Of a stretch of DNA of 51,775 bases, positions 8,856-18,700 are shown piece after piece (the first letter of the stretch is position 1; every line of letters starts with the position of its first letter). The notes under the pieces were generated by a model. That model ran no database searches and was not told the DNA's origin. It was given only the letters and a program-made list of their open reading frames with translations. This DNA is from a virus (taxonomy: Duplodnaviria > Heunggongvirae > Uroviricota > Caudoviricetes). The stretch lies in the IMG/VR virus record IMGVR_UViG_2687453454_000002; one strand, given 5' to 3'. A program made the position numbers and the translations under genes.

Positions 8856-9374
8856 TGGAATGAAACGCAAATACCGGTAAGCCAGATTCTGGCACTGACA
8901 GACAGAAAACCTGTTATCTGTCAACGAACAGGGAAAAAACGATAAAACCCACTGGATTATTTTTATGAAAGAGGCATCCAGTGAGTAGATTCGTAAGGCT
9001 ACAGATACGTATATCTGAATAATTAAATTCAGTTCTGTAAATAAAATTTAATCCTTAACCGGATGGATTTCTGCACCCTCAGAACATCAGGAGGCCGCCC
9101 GAAAGGGCGGTAGTGAAATGCGAAAGTTCAAAATTATTATTGAAACGGGAATAGCTGGTGGAGATTTTGAGGATGTATTCGAAGTGGACGATGACGCAAC
9201 ACCTGAGGAAATTCATGACGGAGCATAAGAAATTTTCTTTAACTACTGCAATTACTCATACCACGAAATAAAAGACGATGAGGAAGAACAAAGTGGCTGA
9301 TTTTTGTTCAGCTAAATATAACATCAGTTTTGAGTAAGCGTGCAGCAAGAACCGTATTGACGGGGATGTGTTAT

Positions 9375-10910
9375 TCAGTCGGCAGTGCTACGCGCCAGGG
9401 GGAGCAGTTCGCCGACCCGGTTTATCGGCCAGTCGGCTATGACGTCAAGGACATAGCGGAGGTAGCTTTCTGGCTCCACTCCGTTCAGTTTGCACGTCCC
9501 GATCAGGCTGTACAGCAGCGCTCCCCGCTCTCCTCCATGATCCGAACCGAAGAACAGGTAGTTTTTGCGGCCCAGACTGACCATCCGCAACGCATTTTCA
9601 GCGATGTTATTGTCCGCCTCAGCCCAGCCATCATCTGCATAGTACGTCAGCGCCGGCCACTGGTTCAGGGCGTATGCGAACGCTTTCGCCAGTTCTGAGT
9701 GTCGCGACAGGGTTTTCATCTTTTCACGCAGCCAGCTTTCCAGGGATTTCAGCAGCGGTTTCGTTTTCAACTGACGTTCGGCAAGGCGCTGCTCCGCCGT
9801 CATTCCCCTTATCTCTGCCTCGATGGCGTACAGTTCGCCGATCCGTTTCAGCGCTTCCTCCGTCAGGGCTGACGGGGTGCGAACGTGCACATCGTGGATT
9901 TTACGGCGGGCGTGAGCCCAACAGGCGGCTTCCGTTATCCGGCCATCCCGGTACAGCTCGTTGAACCCGGCGTATGCATCCGCCTGCAGTACACCACTGA
10001 ACCCCGCAAGATGGGTCTGCGGATGGATGCCTTTTCTGTCCGGGCTGTAAGCGAACCACACCGCCGGCGCCAGCGTTGACCCGGCGTTACGGTCGTCACG
10101 AACGTAGGTCCATAACCGCCCGGTCTTCGTTTTCTTATTGCCTGGCAACAGCACCGGGACAGGCGTGTCATCAGCATGGAGCTTACCGTCAGTCAGCACA
10201 TAGTCCTGAAGCGCTTCTTCCAGCGGTGACAGTAGCCGGCAGCATGCATCCACCCAGCCCGACAGCAGTGAACGACTCAGCTCCACGCCCTGGCGGCCGT
10301 ACATTTCAGACTGGCGGTACAGCGGGGTGTGCTCTGCATACTTTGAGATCAGCACGCGGGCCAGCAGCCCCGGTCCTGCGATACCCCGCTCGATGGGCCG
10401 TGAAGGCGCGGGGGCCTGCACGATGGCATCGCACTGAGTACAGGCATGCTTTTCACGTACAGTCCGGATAACCCGGAAGGCGCTGCGCATCAGCTCCAGC
10501 TGTTCGGCGGCATCCTCACCCAGATAGCTCAGCGAGCCTCCACATTCCGGGCAGCATGACGCTGCCGGCAGCAGCCGTTTTTCATCGCGGGGGAGTGATT
10601 CGGGGAACGGTTTGCGGGTGCGGGTTTGACGCAGCGGGCGCTGCACGGCCGGGTCGTCAACCCGACCGGTAAGGGTATCACTTTCTTTCTGAAGTGCCTT
10701 CAGGTCAGCTTCCATCTGTGCGATACGACGGGAGACTTTTTCCGAGCGGCTGCCGAAGTTCATCCGGCGCAGCTTATCCAGCTGTGCCTGCAGATGGTCT
10801 ATTTCGCGTTCACGCTCGTTCAGCTTTTCCTGCAGGGCACGGTTCAGCGCCTCCTGTTCGGCAAGGAGACGTTTCAGTGCATTGATATCGTCAGGAAGTG
10901 AGCTGCTCAT
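9375..10910 (-). CDS. tnpC: IS66-family transposase TnpC (511 aa)
   Basis: 511-aa ORF with the leucine-zipper-like N-terminus and overall architecture typical of IS66 TnpC. Confidence 0.85.
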   Translation of the reverse strand: MSSSLPDDINALKRLLAEQEALNRALQEKLNEREREIDHLQAQLDKLRRMNFGSRSEKVSRRIAQMEADLKALQKESDTLTGRVDDPAVQRPLRQTRTRKPFPESLPRDEKRLLPAASCCPECGGSLSYLGEDAAEQLELMRSAFRVIRTVREKHACTQCDAIVQAPAPSRPIERGIAGPGLLARVLISKYAEHTPLYRQSEMYGRQGVELSRSLLSGWVDACCRLLSPLEEALQDYVLTDGKLHADDTPVPVLLPGNKKTKTGRLWTYVRDDRNAGSTLAPAVWFAYSPDRKGIHPQTHLAGFSGVLQADAYAGFNELYRDGRITEAACWAHARRKIHDVHVRTPSALTEEALKRIGELYAIEAEIRGMTAEQRLAERQLKTKPLLKSLESWLREKMKTLSRHSELAKAFAYALNQWPALTYYADDGWAEADNNIAENALRMVSLGRKNYLFFGSDHGGERGALLYSLIGTCKLNGVEPESYLRYVLDVIADWPINRVGELLPLARSTAD

Positions 10911-10958
10911 ACCGGGTATATTACCAGGCTCATTCAGCGTCGACCAGGATAAAGAGGC

Positions 10959-11306
10959 TTACAACATAGTCAGGGACGTAAGCAGTCTTTTAGGCTGCCG
11001 CCAGTCGATACCTTCCAGCAGCATCGCCAGCTGTGCCGGTGTGAGGAACACTTTGCCATCCCGGGCTGACGGCCAGGCGAAGCGGCCGCGCTCCAGCCGT
11101 TTGGTCAGCAGACACAGTCCATCGCCGGTAGACCAGAGGAGCTTTACCTGACTGCCATTACGCCCACGGAAGATAAAAACGTGACCTGACATCGGATCGT
11201 CTTTCAGCGTCGTCTGCACCTTTGCCGCCAGGCCGTTGAAGCCGTTTCTCATATCGGTGATGCCAGCGACCAGCCAGATCTTTGTCCCTGATGGTAATGG
11301 GATCAA
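10959..11306 (-). CDS. tnpB: IS66-family TnpB (115 aa)
   Basis: 115-aa ORF directly upstream of tnpC, overlapping tnpA by 4 bp; IS66 Orf2 size. Confidence 0.8.
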   Translation of the reverse strand: MIPLPSGTKIWLVAGITDMRNGFNGLAAKVQTTLKDDPMSGHVFIFRGRNGSQVKLLWSTGDGLCLLTKRLERGRFAWPSARDGKVFLTPAQLAMLLEGIDWRQPKRLLTSLTML

Positions 11307-11707
11307 CGTTTGAGCTCCCGTATCAGCAGGTTCAGGATATTTTCGCTGATGGCACCATTCAGACGGAGTGATCCGTGCCGGAACGTCACTTCACAGCTGA
11401 TATTGAGTGATTCAGGTGTCGCAGCAGCTACAGGTTGTGACCGGGGGGAGGTTGTAGGGACAACATCTTCGGCATCAAGTGTTATCGGGAGCAGCTCAGG
11501 CACGTTGTTTTCTGTTGTTGAAGGAGGACGTAGTTTTCCTTCGCGCCAGTACTGGCGCCACTTGAACAGCAAATTATCGTTGATCCCATGCTCACGAGCG
11601 AGTTGCGCTACGGAGATCTCTGGTCGATGCGAGAGTTCAACCATTTTGATTTTGAACTCAACGGGATAATTAGGGCTTTTTTTACGCACTGCGGTTAATG
11701 ATTTCAT
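11303..11707 (-). CDS. tnpA: IS66-family TnpA (134 aa, HTH)
   Basis: 134-aa ORF with HTH-like VAQLAREHGINDNLLFKWRQ; first gene of the IS66 operon. Confidence 0.8.
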   Translation of the reverse strand: MKSLTAVRKKSPNYPVEFKIKMVELSHRPEISVAQLAREHGINDNLLFKWRQYWREGKLRPPSTTENNVPELLPITLDAEDVVPTTSPRSQPVAAATPESLNISCEVTFRHGSLRLNGAISENILNLLIRELKR

Positions 11708-11928
11708 GGATTGCGTCCACCATATTTGGTGTCCACTATTCTCTCAGGAATTTCAGGATCTGCCAGACGGTGCTGAGACGACGCTTACAGTTTTGAAGAG
11801 CGGGATGAACTATTAATGGACTATGGTGAGTTACGCGGTGGAAGTGCTGCTGATGTCGAATCCTAGCGTGATGACTATGAAGCGGGAAAAACTCCGGTCG
11901 AAGCATATTGTGATGAGTGGGGCGATGA

Positions 11929-12216
11929 ATGAGCGAGATTAATTATCAGGAAGGGCATGAAACGGCGGGGCAAGCAAAACCAGTGGCATGGCGATATCGC
12001 TACGTGAAAAAAGGCGTTACGGACTTTCAGGGGAAGTAGTGGTCTGGTGACTGGAAATATGTACCGAAAAAAGAGGATTGTAACGACAGGCCGAACTATC
12101 AAATTCAGGCCTTATTCACTGCCTCACCAGTCCCAGTTACATCAGAAGAACTGGTTAAAGCTGTGCACTTTTATGAACAACTAAAACGCGAAAATCCACC
12201 AACATCCGGCAACTAG
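11929..12216 (+). pseudogene. Hypothetical ORF interrupted by an in-frame amber codon
   Basis: Hand translation: MSEINYQEGHETAGQAKPVAWRYRYVKKGVTDFQGK-TAG(12037..12039)-WSGDWKYVPKKEDCNDRPNYQIQALFTASPVPVTSEELVKAVHFYEQLKRENPPTSGN*; no frame change across the stop. Confidence 0.4.
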
Positions 12217-12470
12217 ATTAATGGATTAACTATGTCGGTTAAACGACCAGCCAACTGAAAAAGCGGAAACCTGATTACAGGTTGCCAGATAAGGCAATGA
12301 GCTACCTGGCGCGGAACGGACTGATAAGTATGGGGAATGTTTTACGATGAACCTTTAGACTAAAGAGTTTGTAACGCTATGTAAGTGATTTTTTCTGGTT
12401 TAGATATTTATATGTCCGGCCAAATTGAGGTGTGTTTAAATGTAATTGCACATTGATTGTAGGAGGAATA

Positions 12471-12650
12471 ATGAAAAACGCATTGCAGTTTTTGTTTGTT
12501 GCGTTCTGGTTGTTCGCATCATGTATGCCCATCATCTTCACAGCAAGGTATATGGAAAAAGTTGATGTTTTGATATTAATATTTGGATATATAAATGCCC
12601 TTTTTTTAGGGGTGTTCATGGCGGTCATGTGCATTGAATACTGGCGGTAA
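12471..12650 (+). CDS. Small hydrophobic membrane protein (59 aa), function unknown
   Basis: ATG preceded by a perfect AGGAGG Shine-Dalgarno (12461..12466); product MKNALQFLFVAFWLFASCMPIIF...LGVFMAVMCIEYWR predicts two transmembrane helices. Confidence 0.5.
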   Translation: MKNALQFLFVAFWLFASCMPIIFTARYMEKVDVLILIFGYINALFLGVFMAVMCIEYWR

Positions 12651-12984
12651 ATACAGCGAACTCCATTGGTTTAGTTGGATATTTACTGTGCTGGACAAAA
12701 ACGGTTTGCGGGGAAATCTTAGTTAAGTAGAATGACTGCGGGTGCTTGAGGCTATCTGCCTCGGGCATGGACACCAACGGCAGATAGAGAAAAGCCCCAG
12801 TTAACATTACGCGTCCTGCAAGACGCTTAACATTAATCTGAGGCCAATTTCATGCTAGACACATGTAGGTTAGCCTCTTACGTGCCGAAAGGCACGGAGA
12901 AGCAGGCTATTGTTAACACCAAGCTGTAATGTCCCCTTTGAACCATTCTAAAATGTCCCCAGACAATTCTCTGGGGGATTTTTC

Positions 12985-14298
12985 ATGATCAAAGAGACTG
13001 TTACGATGAGTCATAAGGAACTCCACCGACTTCAGATTATTCAGGAACAAGCTGCGGCACGCATTGGCATTTCTATTCGGCAGGTTAAACGTCTGGTGCA
13101 ACGGTATAGAAATGAAGGGCCTTCTGGTCTGGTTTCCCACCGACGTGGAAAGCGTCCTAATAATTCCTTTTCTACTGAATTCAGAGCAACAGTAATTTCA
13201 CTCCTCAAAGGCCGTTACGCTGATTTTGGACCTACGTTTGCGTGCGAAAAATTGCGCGAGATACACGGTTTATCTTTATCCGTTGAAACTCTCAGAAAGT
13301 GGATGATAGAAGAGGGGTTATGGCGTGAACGCCGTCGTAAAATTGCCCGTATATATCAACGCCGCATGCGACGACCATCTTACGGTGAACTGATCCAGAT
13401 TGATGGCTCACCTCATGACTGGTTTGAAAATCGAGGCCCCAGATGTACACTGATCGTTTTCATTGATGATGCCACCAGTGCGTTGATGGCGTTGCGTTTT
13501 GTGCCTGCTGAAACAACCCGGGCTTACATGGAAACCCTCCGGGGTTACCTTAATGATCATGGCGTACCGCTCGCTCTCTACTCTGATAGACACAGTATAT
13601 TCAGGGTAAATAACCCAGAGCGGGAAGGTGAGCTGACCCAGTTCACTCGTGCGATAAAGACACTGGGCATCGAGCCAATCCATGCCAACAGCCCGCAGGC
13701 AAAAGGGCGGGTAGAGCGCGCCAATCAGACACTACAGGACAGGCTGGTCAAAGAAATGCGGCTTCAGAATATCAGTGATATTGAAACAGCAAATGCATGG
13801 TTGCCGACCTTTATTGAAGCCTATAACAACCGGTTCGCTACGTCGCCTCGTACTACTGATAATGCTCATCTTGATGTGCACCATTCTGAAGAGGAACTGG
13901 GTTATATCTTCAGCCTACAGGCGAAGCGCGTTCTGTCTAAAAATCTCACTTTCCAGTACAAAAGCAGTGCGTTTCAGGTACGCAGTGAGGGCCGGGGATA
14001 TCGACTTAGGCATTCGGTTGTTACTGTATGCGAGAACTTTGACGGTGAAATTAACGTTCTGTATGACGGGAAAGCGCTGGGCTGGGAAAAGTATGTTGAT
14101 GGCCCGGAGCCTATACCACTGGATGATGAAAAGAGTGTCCATGAACGAGTGGATAATGCCCGTATTGATTTACGCTCAAAATACTATGTTAAACCTAAAG
14201 CTGACCATCCCTGGCTTACGCGCCGAACGCAAAGTCATCAGCAAGTTAAGCCCCCGAAGTTACCTAAAAAGAAGCCTGATCCCGATAAAAAAGATTGA
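12985..14298 (+). CDS. DDE transposase with rve integrase core (IS481/ISNCY-like), 437 aa
   Basis: N-terminal HTH, then DDE-type core motifs (IQIDGSPHDW, LYSDRHSIF, QAKGRVERANQTLQDRL); no IstB-like partner; terminal inverted repeats not resolved. Confidence 0.75.
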   Translation: MIKETVTMSHKELHRLQIIQEQAAARIGISIRQVKRLVQRYRNEGPSGLVSHRRGKRPNNSFSTEFRATVISLLKGRYADFGPTFACEKLREIHGLSLSVETLRKWMIEEGLWRERRRKIARIYQRRMRRPSYGELIQIDGSPHDWFENRGPRCTLIVFIDDATSALMALRFVPAETTRAYMETLRGYLNDHGVPLALYSDRHSIFRVNNPEREGELTQFTRAIKTLGIEPIHANSPQAKGRVERANQTLQDRLVKEMRLQNISDIETANAWLPTFIEAYNNRFATSPRTTDNAHLDVHHSEEELGYIFSLQAKRVLSKNLTFQYKSSAFQVRSEGRGYRLRHSVVTVCENFDGEINVLYDGKALGWEKYVDGPEPIPLDDEKSVHERVDNARIDLRSKYYVKPKADHPWLTRRTQSHQQVKPPKLPKKKPDPDKKD

Positions 14299-14734
14299 AA
14301 CCAAGATCGATTCGGTTGAGTGCATATCCATTCATAGGGTAGATTCTTAAGTCGCGTTTCTGGTGTTCATTTTCGGGTGGTTTGTTACTTGTTTTACCGG
14401 GGATATGCCAGAAACGCGCTGAGTCAGTCTGGGCGGTGCGCGTAATGAGGCGTTATGGTAAATAGCCTATGCTAATGTCCGCTAAGAGCAAGAAGCGGAA
14501 GTTGGCAGTTTTGTGGACTGTCCCCACAAAAGTGACTACAGAAATAGTTGCAATTCATAATTGATCATGGGTTGTCAGTTAAACTCGTGGCGATTTAAAT
14601 AGACTAATTGGGAGTGCGTCCATTACTTATATCTTGTAATGTTAACTATCAGAAATGATACAAAGATAATATGTCTTTAAAGAAAAGGCTGATGGCGAAA
14701 AGTGGCCCGATGAGGGCCACAATACGGCTGTCAC

Positions 14735-15067
14735 TTAGACGTAAATATCAATGGTGCCAGCGGTATTTGTATCGTCTTTTTTCTCTTCTTTTTTATCAGG
14801 CTGAACTGTCGCGTCTTCATTCTTTTTCTCTGCCTGCTGCCTTAACAACTGCTCCAGTTGAGCCCAGAGGCTTTCAATTTGCTTCTGTACCAATGCAGCC
14901 ATTTCTTTTTTCTGCTGTGTCGTCATCCCCTCTTCCGATGAGATTTTCCCAAGCTTTTCAGTCAGCACCTGAATTTGTCTTGTGATTTTGGCTATTTCTG
15001 ATGTTCCTTCCGGGGCGGAGTTGTTTGAAATAACGGTTGAGGTATTTCCCTGAATTGTGACAGACAT
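14735..15067 (-). CDS. flxA: FlxA (110 aa)
   Basis: 110-aa ORF MSVTIQGNTSTVISNNSAPEGTSEIAKITRQIQVLTEKL... matches K-12 FlxA as recalled. Confidence 0.85.
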   Translation of the reverse strand: MSVTIQGNTSTVISNNSAPEGTSEIAKITRQIQVLTEKLGKISSEEGMTTQQKKEMAALVQKQIESLWAQLEQLLRQQAEKKNEDATVQPDKKEEKKDDTNTAGTIDIYV

Positions 15068-15269
15068 AGATTTCTCCTTTTAAAAAAGCACTATCGGCAT
15101 GCACAAAAAAATCTTTAATCGTATTTCTTGTGTCATTAATTGTTTGATGTTCAGATTGTTTTCCTCGCGGGCTGGCGCGCCTCAGAAAGTAAAGCTTGTT
15201 GACAGGGGTAAACGTTCGGCAATAATTTTCTGCCGCATGCGGGTGTTGCATAAAACGTGTTACGTTCCT

Positions 15270-15575
15270 TTATCGACAGGTCAGGTCACCGCTCACCCGC
15301 CGACGAGAAAGCAACACTGACATGCTAAAGCAAAAAATAGATGAATAAGTTGAGTTGTGCATATGTAGCCTGACCGTCACAAAGTATATGGTGTCTGTAC
15401 CAGTAAGATGATGGCCGGACTCTTTAAAAACGAGCTGACCTGCACAATACAGGATGGACTTAGCAATGGCTGCTCCTGGCACAAAGCGGACAGTGATCAC
15501 CGTTCTTACGACTACTTTCTGACTTCCTTCGTGACTTGCCCTAAGCATGTTGTAGTGCGATACTTGTAATGACAT
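15270..15575 (-). CDS. ydfV: YdfV-like protein (101 aa)
   Basis: 101-aa ORF between flxA and relB, the position of ydfV in Qin; name assigned from size and position only. Confidence 0.5.
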   Translation of the reverse strand: MSLQVSHYNMLRASHEGSQKVVVRTVITVRFVPGAAIAKSILYCAGQLVFKESGHHLTGTDTIYFVTVRLHMHNSTYSSIFCFSMSVLLSRRRVSGDLTCR

Positions 15576-15588
15576 TTGTAATTACAAG
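15563..15588. promoter_or_regulatory. relBE operator (relO) inverted repeat
   Basis: CTTGTAATGACATTTGTAATTACAAG palindrome immediately upstream of the relB Shine-Dalgarno and start. Confidence 0.7.
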
Positions 15589-15599
15589 AGGTGTAAGAC

Positions 15600-15839
15600 A
15601 TGGGTAGCATTAACCTGCGTATTGACGATGAACTTAAAGCGCGTTCTTACGCCGCGCTTGAAAAAATGGGTGTAACTCCTTCTGAAGCGCTTCGTCTCAT
15701 GCTCGAGTATATCGCTGACAATGAACGCTTGCCGTTCAAACAGACACTCCTGAGTGATGAAGATGCTGAACTTGTGGAGATAGTGAAAGAACGGCTTCGT
15801 AATCCTAAGCCAGTACGTGTGACGCTGGATGAACTCTGA
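15600..15839 (+). CDS. relB: RelB antitoxin (79 aa)
   Basis: 79-aa ORF MGSINLRIDDELKARSYAALEKMGVTPSEALRLMLEYIADNERLPF... matches K-12 RelB as recalled. Confidence 0.9.
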   Translation: MGSINLRIDDELKARSYAALEKMGVTPSEALRLMLEYIADNERLPFKQTLLSDEDAELVEIVKERLRNPKPVRVTLDEL

Positions 15840-16126
15840 TGGCGTATTTTCTGGATTTTGACGAGCGGGCACTAAAGGAATGGCGAAAGCTGGGCTCGAC
15901 GGTACGTGAACAGTTGAAAAAGAAGCTGGTTGAAGTACTTGAGTCACCCCGGATTGAAGCAAACAAGCTCCGTGGTATGCCTGATTGTTACAAGATTAAG
16001 CTCCGGTCTTCAGGCTATCGCCTTGTATACCAGGTTATAGACGAGAAAGTTGTCGTTTTCGTGATTTCTGTTGGGAAAAGAGAACGCTCGGAAGTATATA
16101 GCGAGGCGGTCAAACGCATTCTCTGA
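15839..16126 (+). CDS. relE: RelE mRNA interferase toxin (95 aa)
   Basis: 95-aa ORF MAYFLDFDERALKEWRKLGSTVREQLKKKLVEVLESPRIEANKLRGMPDCYKIKLRSSGYRLVYQV... matches K-12 RelE; start overlaps the relB stop. Confidence 0.9.
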   Translation: MAYFLDFDERALKEWRKLGSTVREQLKKKLVEVLESPRIEANKLRGMPDCYKIKLRSSGYRLVYQVIDEKVVVFVISVGKRERSEVYSEAVKRIL

Positions 16127-16197
16127 ACCAAAGCATGACATCTCTGTTTCGCACCGAAGGTGACACTTCTGCTTTGCGTTGACAGGAGAAGCAGGCT

Positions 16198-16353
16198 ATG
16201 AAGCAGCAAAAGGCGATGTTAATCGCCCTGATCGTCATCTGTTTAACCGTCATAGTGACGGCACTGGTAACGAGGAAAGACCTCTGCGAGGTACGAATCC
16301 GAACCGGCCAGACGGAGGTCGCTGTCTTCACAGCTTACGAACCTGAGGAGTAA
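16198..16353 (+). CDS. hokD: HokD (RelF) Hok-family membrane toxin (51 aa)
   Basis: Hand translation: MKQQKAMLIALIVICLTVIVTALVTRKDLCEVRIRTGQTEVAVFTAYEPEE*; below the ORF-track size cut-off. Confidence 0.85.
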   Translation: MKQQKAMLIALIVICLTVIVTALVTRKDLCEVRIRTGQTEVAVFTAYEPEE

Positions 16354-16422
16354 GAGACCCGGCGGGGGAGAAATCCCTCGCCACCTCTGATGTGGCAGGC
16401 ATCCTCAACGCACCCGCACTTA

Positions 16423-16447
16423 ACCCGCTTCGGCGGGTTTTTGTTTT
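16423..16447 (+). terminator. Intrinsic terminator after relBE-hokD
   Basis: GC stem CCCGC-TTCG-GCGGG followed by a T-tract (TTTTTGTTTTT). Confidence 0.6.
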
Positions 16448-16569
16448 TATTTTCAACGCGTTTGAAGTTCTGGACGGTGCCGGAATAGAATCAAAAATAC
16501 TTAAGTAGCGCGCAGGGATAAGAGGGATGGTCCCTTAAAGGGGAGAGCTAATTATCCGGAAGGATTCTG

Positions 16570-16821
16570 ATGATGAACATCGAAGAACTGCGTAAAATTT
16601 TTTGTGAAGATGGCCTCTATGCTGTGTGCGTTGAAAATGGAAATCTTGTTAGTCATTACCGCATTATGTGTTTGCGAAAGAATGGGGCTGCGTTAATTAA
16701 TTTTGTGGATGCTCGGGTCACGGACGGATTTATCTTGCGCGAAGGTGAGTTTGTCACTTCATTACAGGCATTGAAAGAGATCGGAATAAAAGCTGGCTTT
16801 TCTGCTTTTTCAGGAGAATAA
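16570..16821 (+). CDS. rem: Rem-like protein (83 aa)
   Basis: 83-aa ORF at the position and size of K-12 rem, downstream of hokD. Confidence 0.6.
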   Translation: MMNIEELRKIFCEDGLYAVCVENGNLVSHYRIMCLRKNGAALINFVDARVTDGFILREGEFVTSLQALKEIGIKAGFSAFSGE

Positions 16822-16887
16822 ACTCATCTACAATCTTGCGCGGGGCTGAACTCCCGCTGAGTAACACCGTGCCACCGGAGAAAACCG

Positions 16888-17166
16888 ATGGCACGCAACG
16901 CAAAATATTACAATTCTGATAATTCGCCCGTTCTTGCCTGCACGCACGGGCGGTATTCTCACGCATTCAAGTCTGAATGGTTCCAGCACCCTCCATGCAC
17001 TGCAGAACAGGCCGAATGGCTGATTCATTCTTACCGCAGGCGCGGGTTCGAGGTTAAGAAAGCTCTCAGTCTCGACTATCGGCACTGGATAATCTCTGTC
17101 AGGCTGCCTTATTCCGAACGCCCACCACGTGCGTCCCGCACTTTCCAGCAACGGATCTGGAGGTAA
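16888..17166 (+). CDS. Hypothetical protein (92 aa)
   Basis: ORF with GGAG about 7 nt upstream of the ATG; its stop abuts the ydfU Shine-Dalgarno and start. Not a gene I recognise. Confidence 0.35.
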   Translation: MARNAKYYNSDNSPVLACTHGRYSHAFKSEWFQHPPCTAEQAEWLIHSYRRRGFEVKKALSLDYRHWIISVRLPYSERPPRASRTFQQRIWR

Positions 17167-17167
17167 C

Positions 17168-18217
17168 GTGCGGGTATTACTTAGACCTGTTCTGGTGCCT
17201 GAGCTTGGGCTGGTGGTCCTTAAGCCGGGCCGTGAATCCATACAGATATTTCATAATCCTCGAGTGCTGGTGGAACCGGAACCAAAAAGCATGCGTAATC
17301 TGCCATCCGGAGTCGTTCCTGCCGTTCGCCAGCCGCTGGCGGAAGACAAAACATTGCTGCCGTTTTTTAGTAACGAACGGGTGATTCGTGCTGCTGGCGG
17401 CGTTGGCGCATTGTCCGACTGGCTATTACGTCATGTTACATCCTGCCAGTGGCCTAATGGCGATTACCATCACACTGAAACAGTCATTCACCGTTATGGT
17501 ACCGGCGCAATGGTGTTGTGCTGGCACTGCGACAACCAACTGCGTGACCAGACATCGGAATCACTGGAGCTGCTTGCTCAACAAAATCTGACAGCATGGG
17601 TGATTGACGTCATCCGTCACGCAATAAGCGGTACGCAGGAGCGGGAATTATCTTTGGCTGAATTATCCTGGTGGGCGGTCTGCAATCAGGTGGTGGATGC
17701 ACTACCTGAGGCTGTATCGCGTCGTTCGCTGGGATTACCAGCGGAAAAAATCTGCTCGGTGTACCGCGAAAGCGACATCGTACCGGGAGAGCAGACCGCC
17801 ACCAGCATATTGAAACAACGCACAAAAAATCTTGCACCGTTGCCTTACGCCCACCAGCAACAAAAATCACCACAGGAAAAGACGGTGGTAAGCATCACCG
17901 TTGATCCAGAGTCTCCGGAATCTTTCATGAAGCTGCCTAAACGTCGCCGCTGGGTTAAGGAGAAATACACACGTTGGGTTAAGACACAGCCGTGTGCTTG
18001 CTGCGGTATGCCAGCCGACGATCCGCATCATCTGATTGGTCACGGGCAGGGCGGAATGGGAACAAAAGCACATGATCTCTTTGTGTTGCCTTTGTGCAGA
18101 AAGCATCACAACGAGCTGCATACGGATACAGTGGCATTTGAAGATAAGTATGGCTCCCAACTGGAGCTGATATTTCGTTTTATCGATCGCGCGCTGACAA
18201 TTGGCGTACTGGCGTAA
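17168..18217 (+). CDS. ydfU: YdfU-like protein (349 aa) with C-terminal Cys/His-rich HNH-like motif
   Basis: GTG start preceded by GGAGG (17157..17161); C-terminus CACCG..HHLIGH..LCRKHHNELH; position and length match K-12 ydfU as recalled. Confidence 0.6.
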   Translation: MRVLLRPVLVPELGLVVLKPGRESIQIFHNPRVLVEPEPKSMRNLPSGVVPAVRQPLAEDKTLLPFFSNERVIRAAGGVGALSDWLLRHVTSCQWPNGDYHHTETVIHRYGTGAMVLCWHCDNQLRDQTSESLELLAQQNLTAWVIDVIRHAISGTQERELSLAELSWWAVCNQVVDALPEAVSRRSLGLPAEKICSVYRESDIVPGEQTATSILKQRTKNLAPLPYAHQQQKSPQEKTVVSITVDPESPESFMKLPKRRRWVKEKYTRWVKTQPCACCGMPADDPHHLIGHGQGGMGTKAHDLFVLPLCRKHHNELHTDTVAFEDKYGSQLELIFRFIDRALTIGVLA

Positions 18218-18230
18218 GTGGAGAACGAGC

Positions 18231-18700
18231 ATGAACCTTGAAGCCTTACCAAAATATTACTCCCCAAAATCTCCAAAATTGAGCGATGACGCTCCAGCGA
18301 CAGGCACCGGTTGTTTAACAATTACGGATGTAATGGCAGCGCAGGGGATGGTGCAGTCGAAAGCACCACTTGGGTTGGCCTTATTTCTGGCAAAAGTTGG
18401 TGTTCAGGACCCTCAGTTTGCGATTGAAGGCCTGCTAAATTACGCGATGGCACTGGATAACCCGACATTGAACAAATTGAGTGAAGAAATCCGGTTACAG
18501 ATTATTCCTTACCTCGTGAGTTTTGCCTTTGCTGATTACTCCAGGTCTGCGGCAAGTAAGGCTCGCTGTGAGCATTGTTCAGGTACGGGATTTTATAATG
18601 TATTGCGCGAAGTGGTGAAACACTACAGACGCGGGGAATCTGTAATCAAGGAAGAATGGGTGAAGGAACTATGTCAGCATTGCCATGGTAAGGGCGAAGC
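18231..18700 (+). pseudogene. quuQ: Q-family late antiterminator, 3'-truncated by IS1
   Basis: ATG at 18231 with GGAGA upstream; Zn-finger-like CEHCSGTG...CQHCHGKG. The reading frame runs into IS1 at 18701 (last residues and the stop at 18720..18722 are IS1 sequence); K-12 QuuQ is recalled as about 250 aa. Confidence 0.7.

Larger units (their letters stand above)
9334..11788 (-). mobile_element. IS66-family insertion sequence (2455 bp) with 8-bp target-site duplication AGTTTTGA
   Basis: Three-ORF IS66 organisation (tnpA-tnpB-tnpC); ends begin GTAAGCG (9334..9340 and reverse complement at 11782..11788); identical 8-bp direct repeats AGTTTTGA at 9326..9333 and 11789..11796. Confidence 0.85.

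Noticed and set aside
12700-12900. Possible group II intron or other ribozyme, suggested by GNRA-capped stem-loops
   Set aside because: No reverse-transcriptase/maturase ORF, no recognisable domain V consensus or GUGYG 5' end; more likely IS-associated secondary structure.
14671-14985. Plus-strand 104-aa ORF
   Set aside because: Antisense to flxA, which matches the known FlxA protein; no ribosome-binding site or distinctive features.
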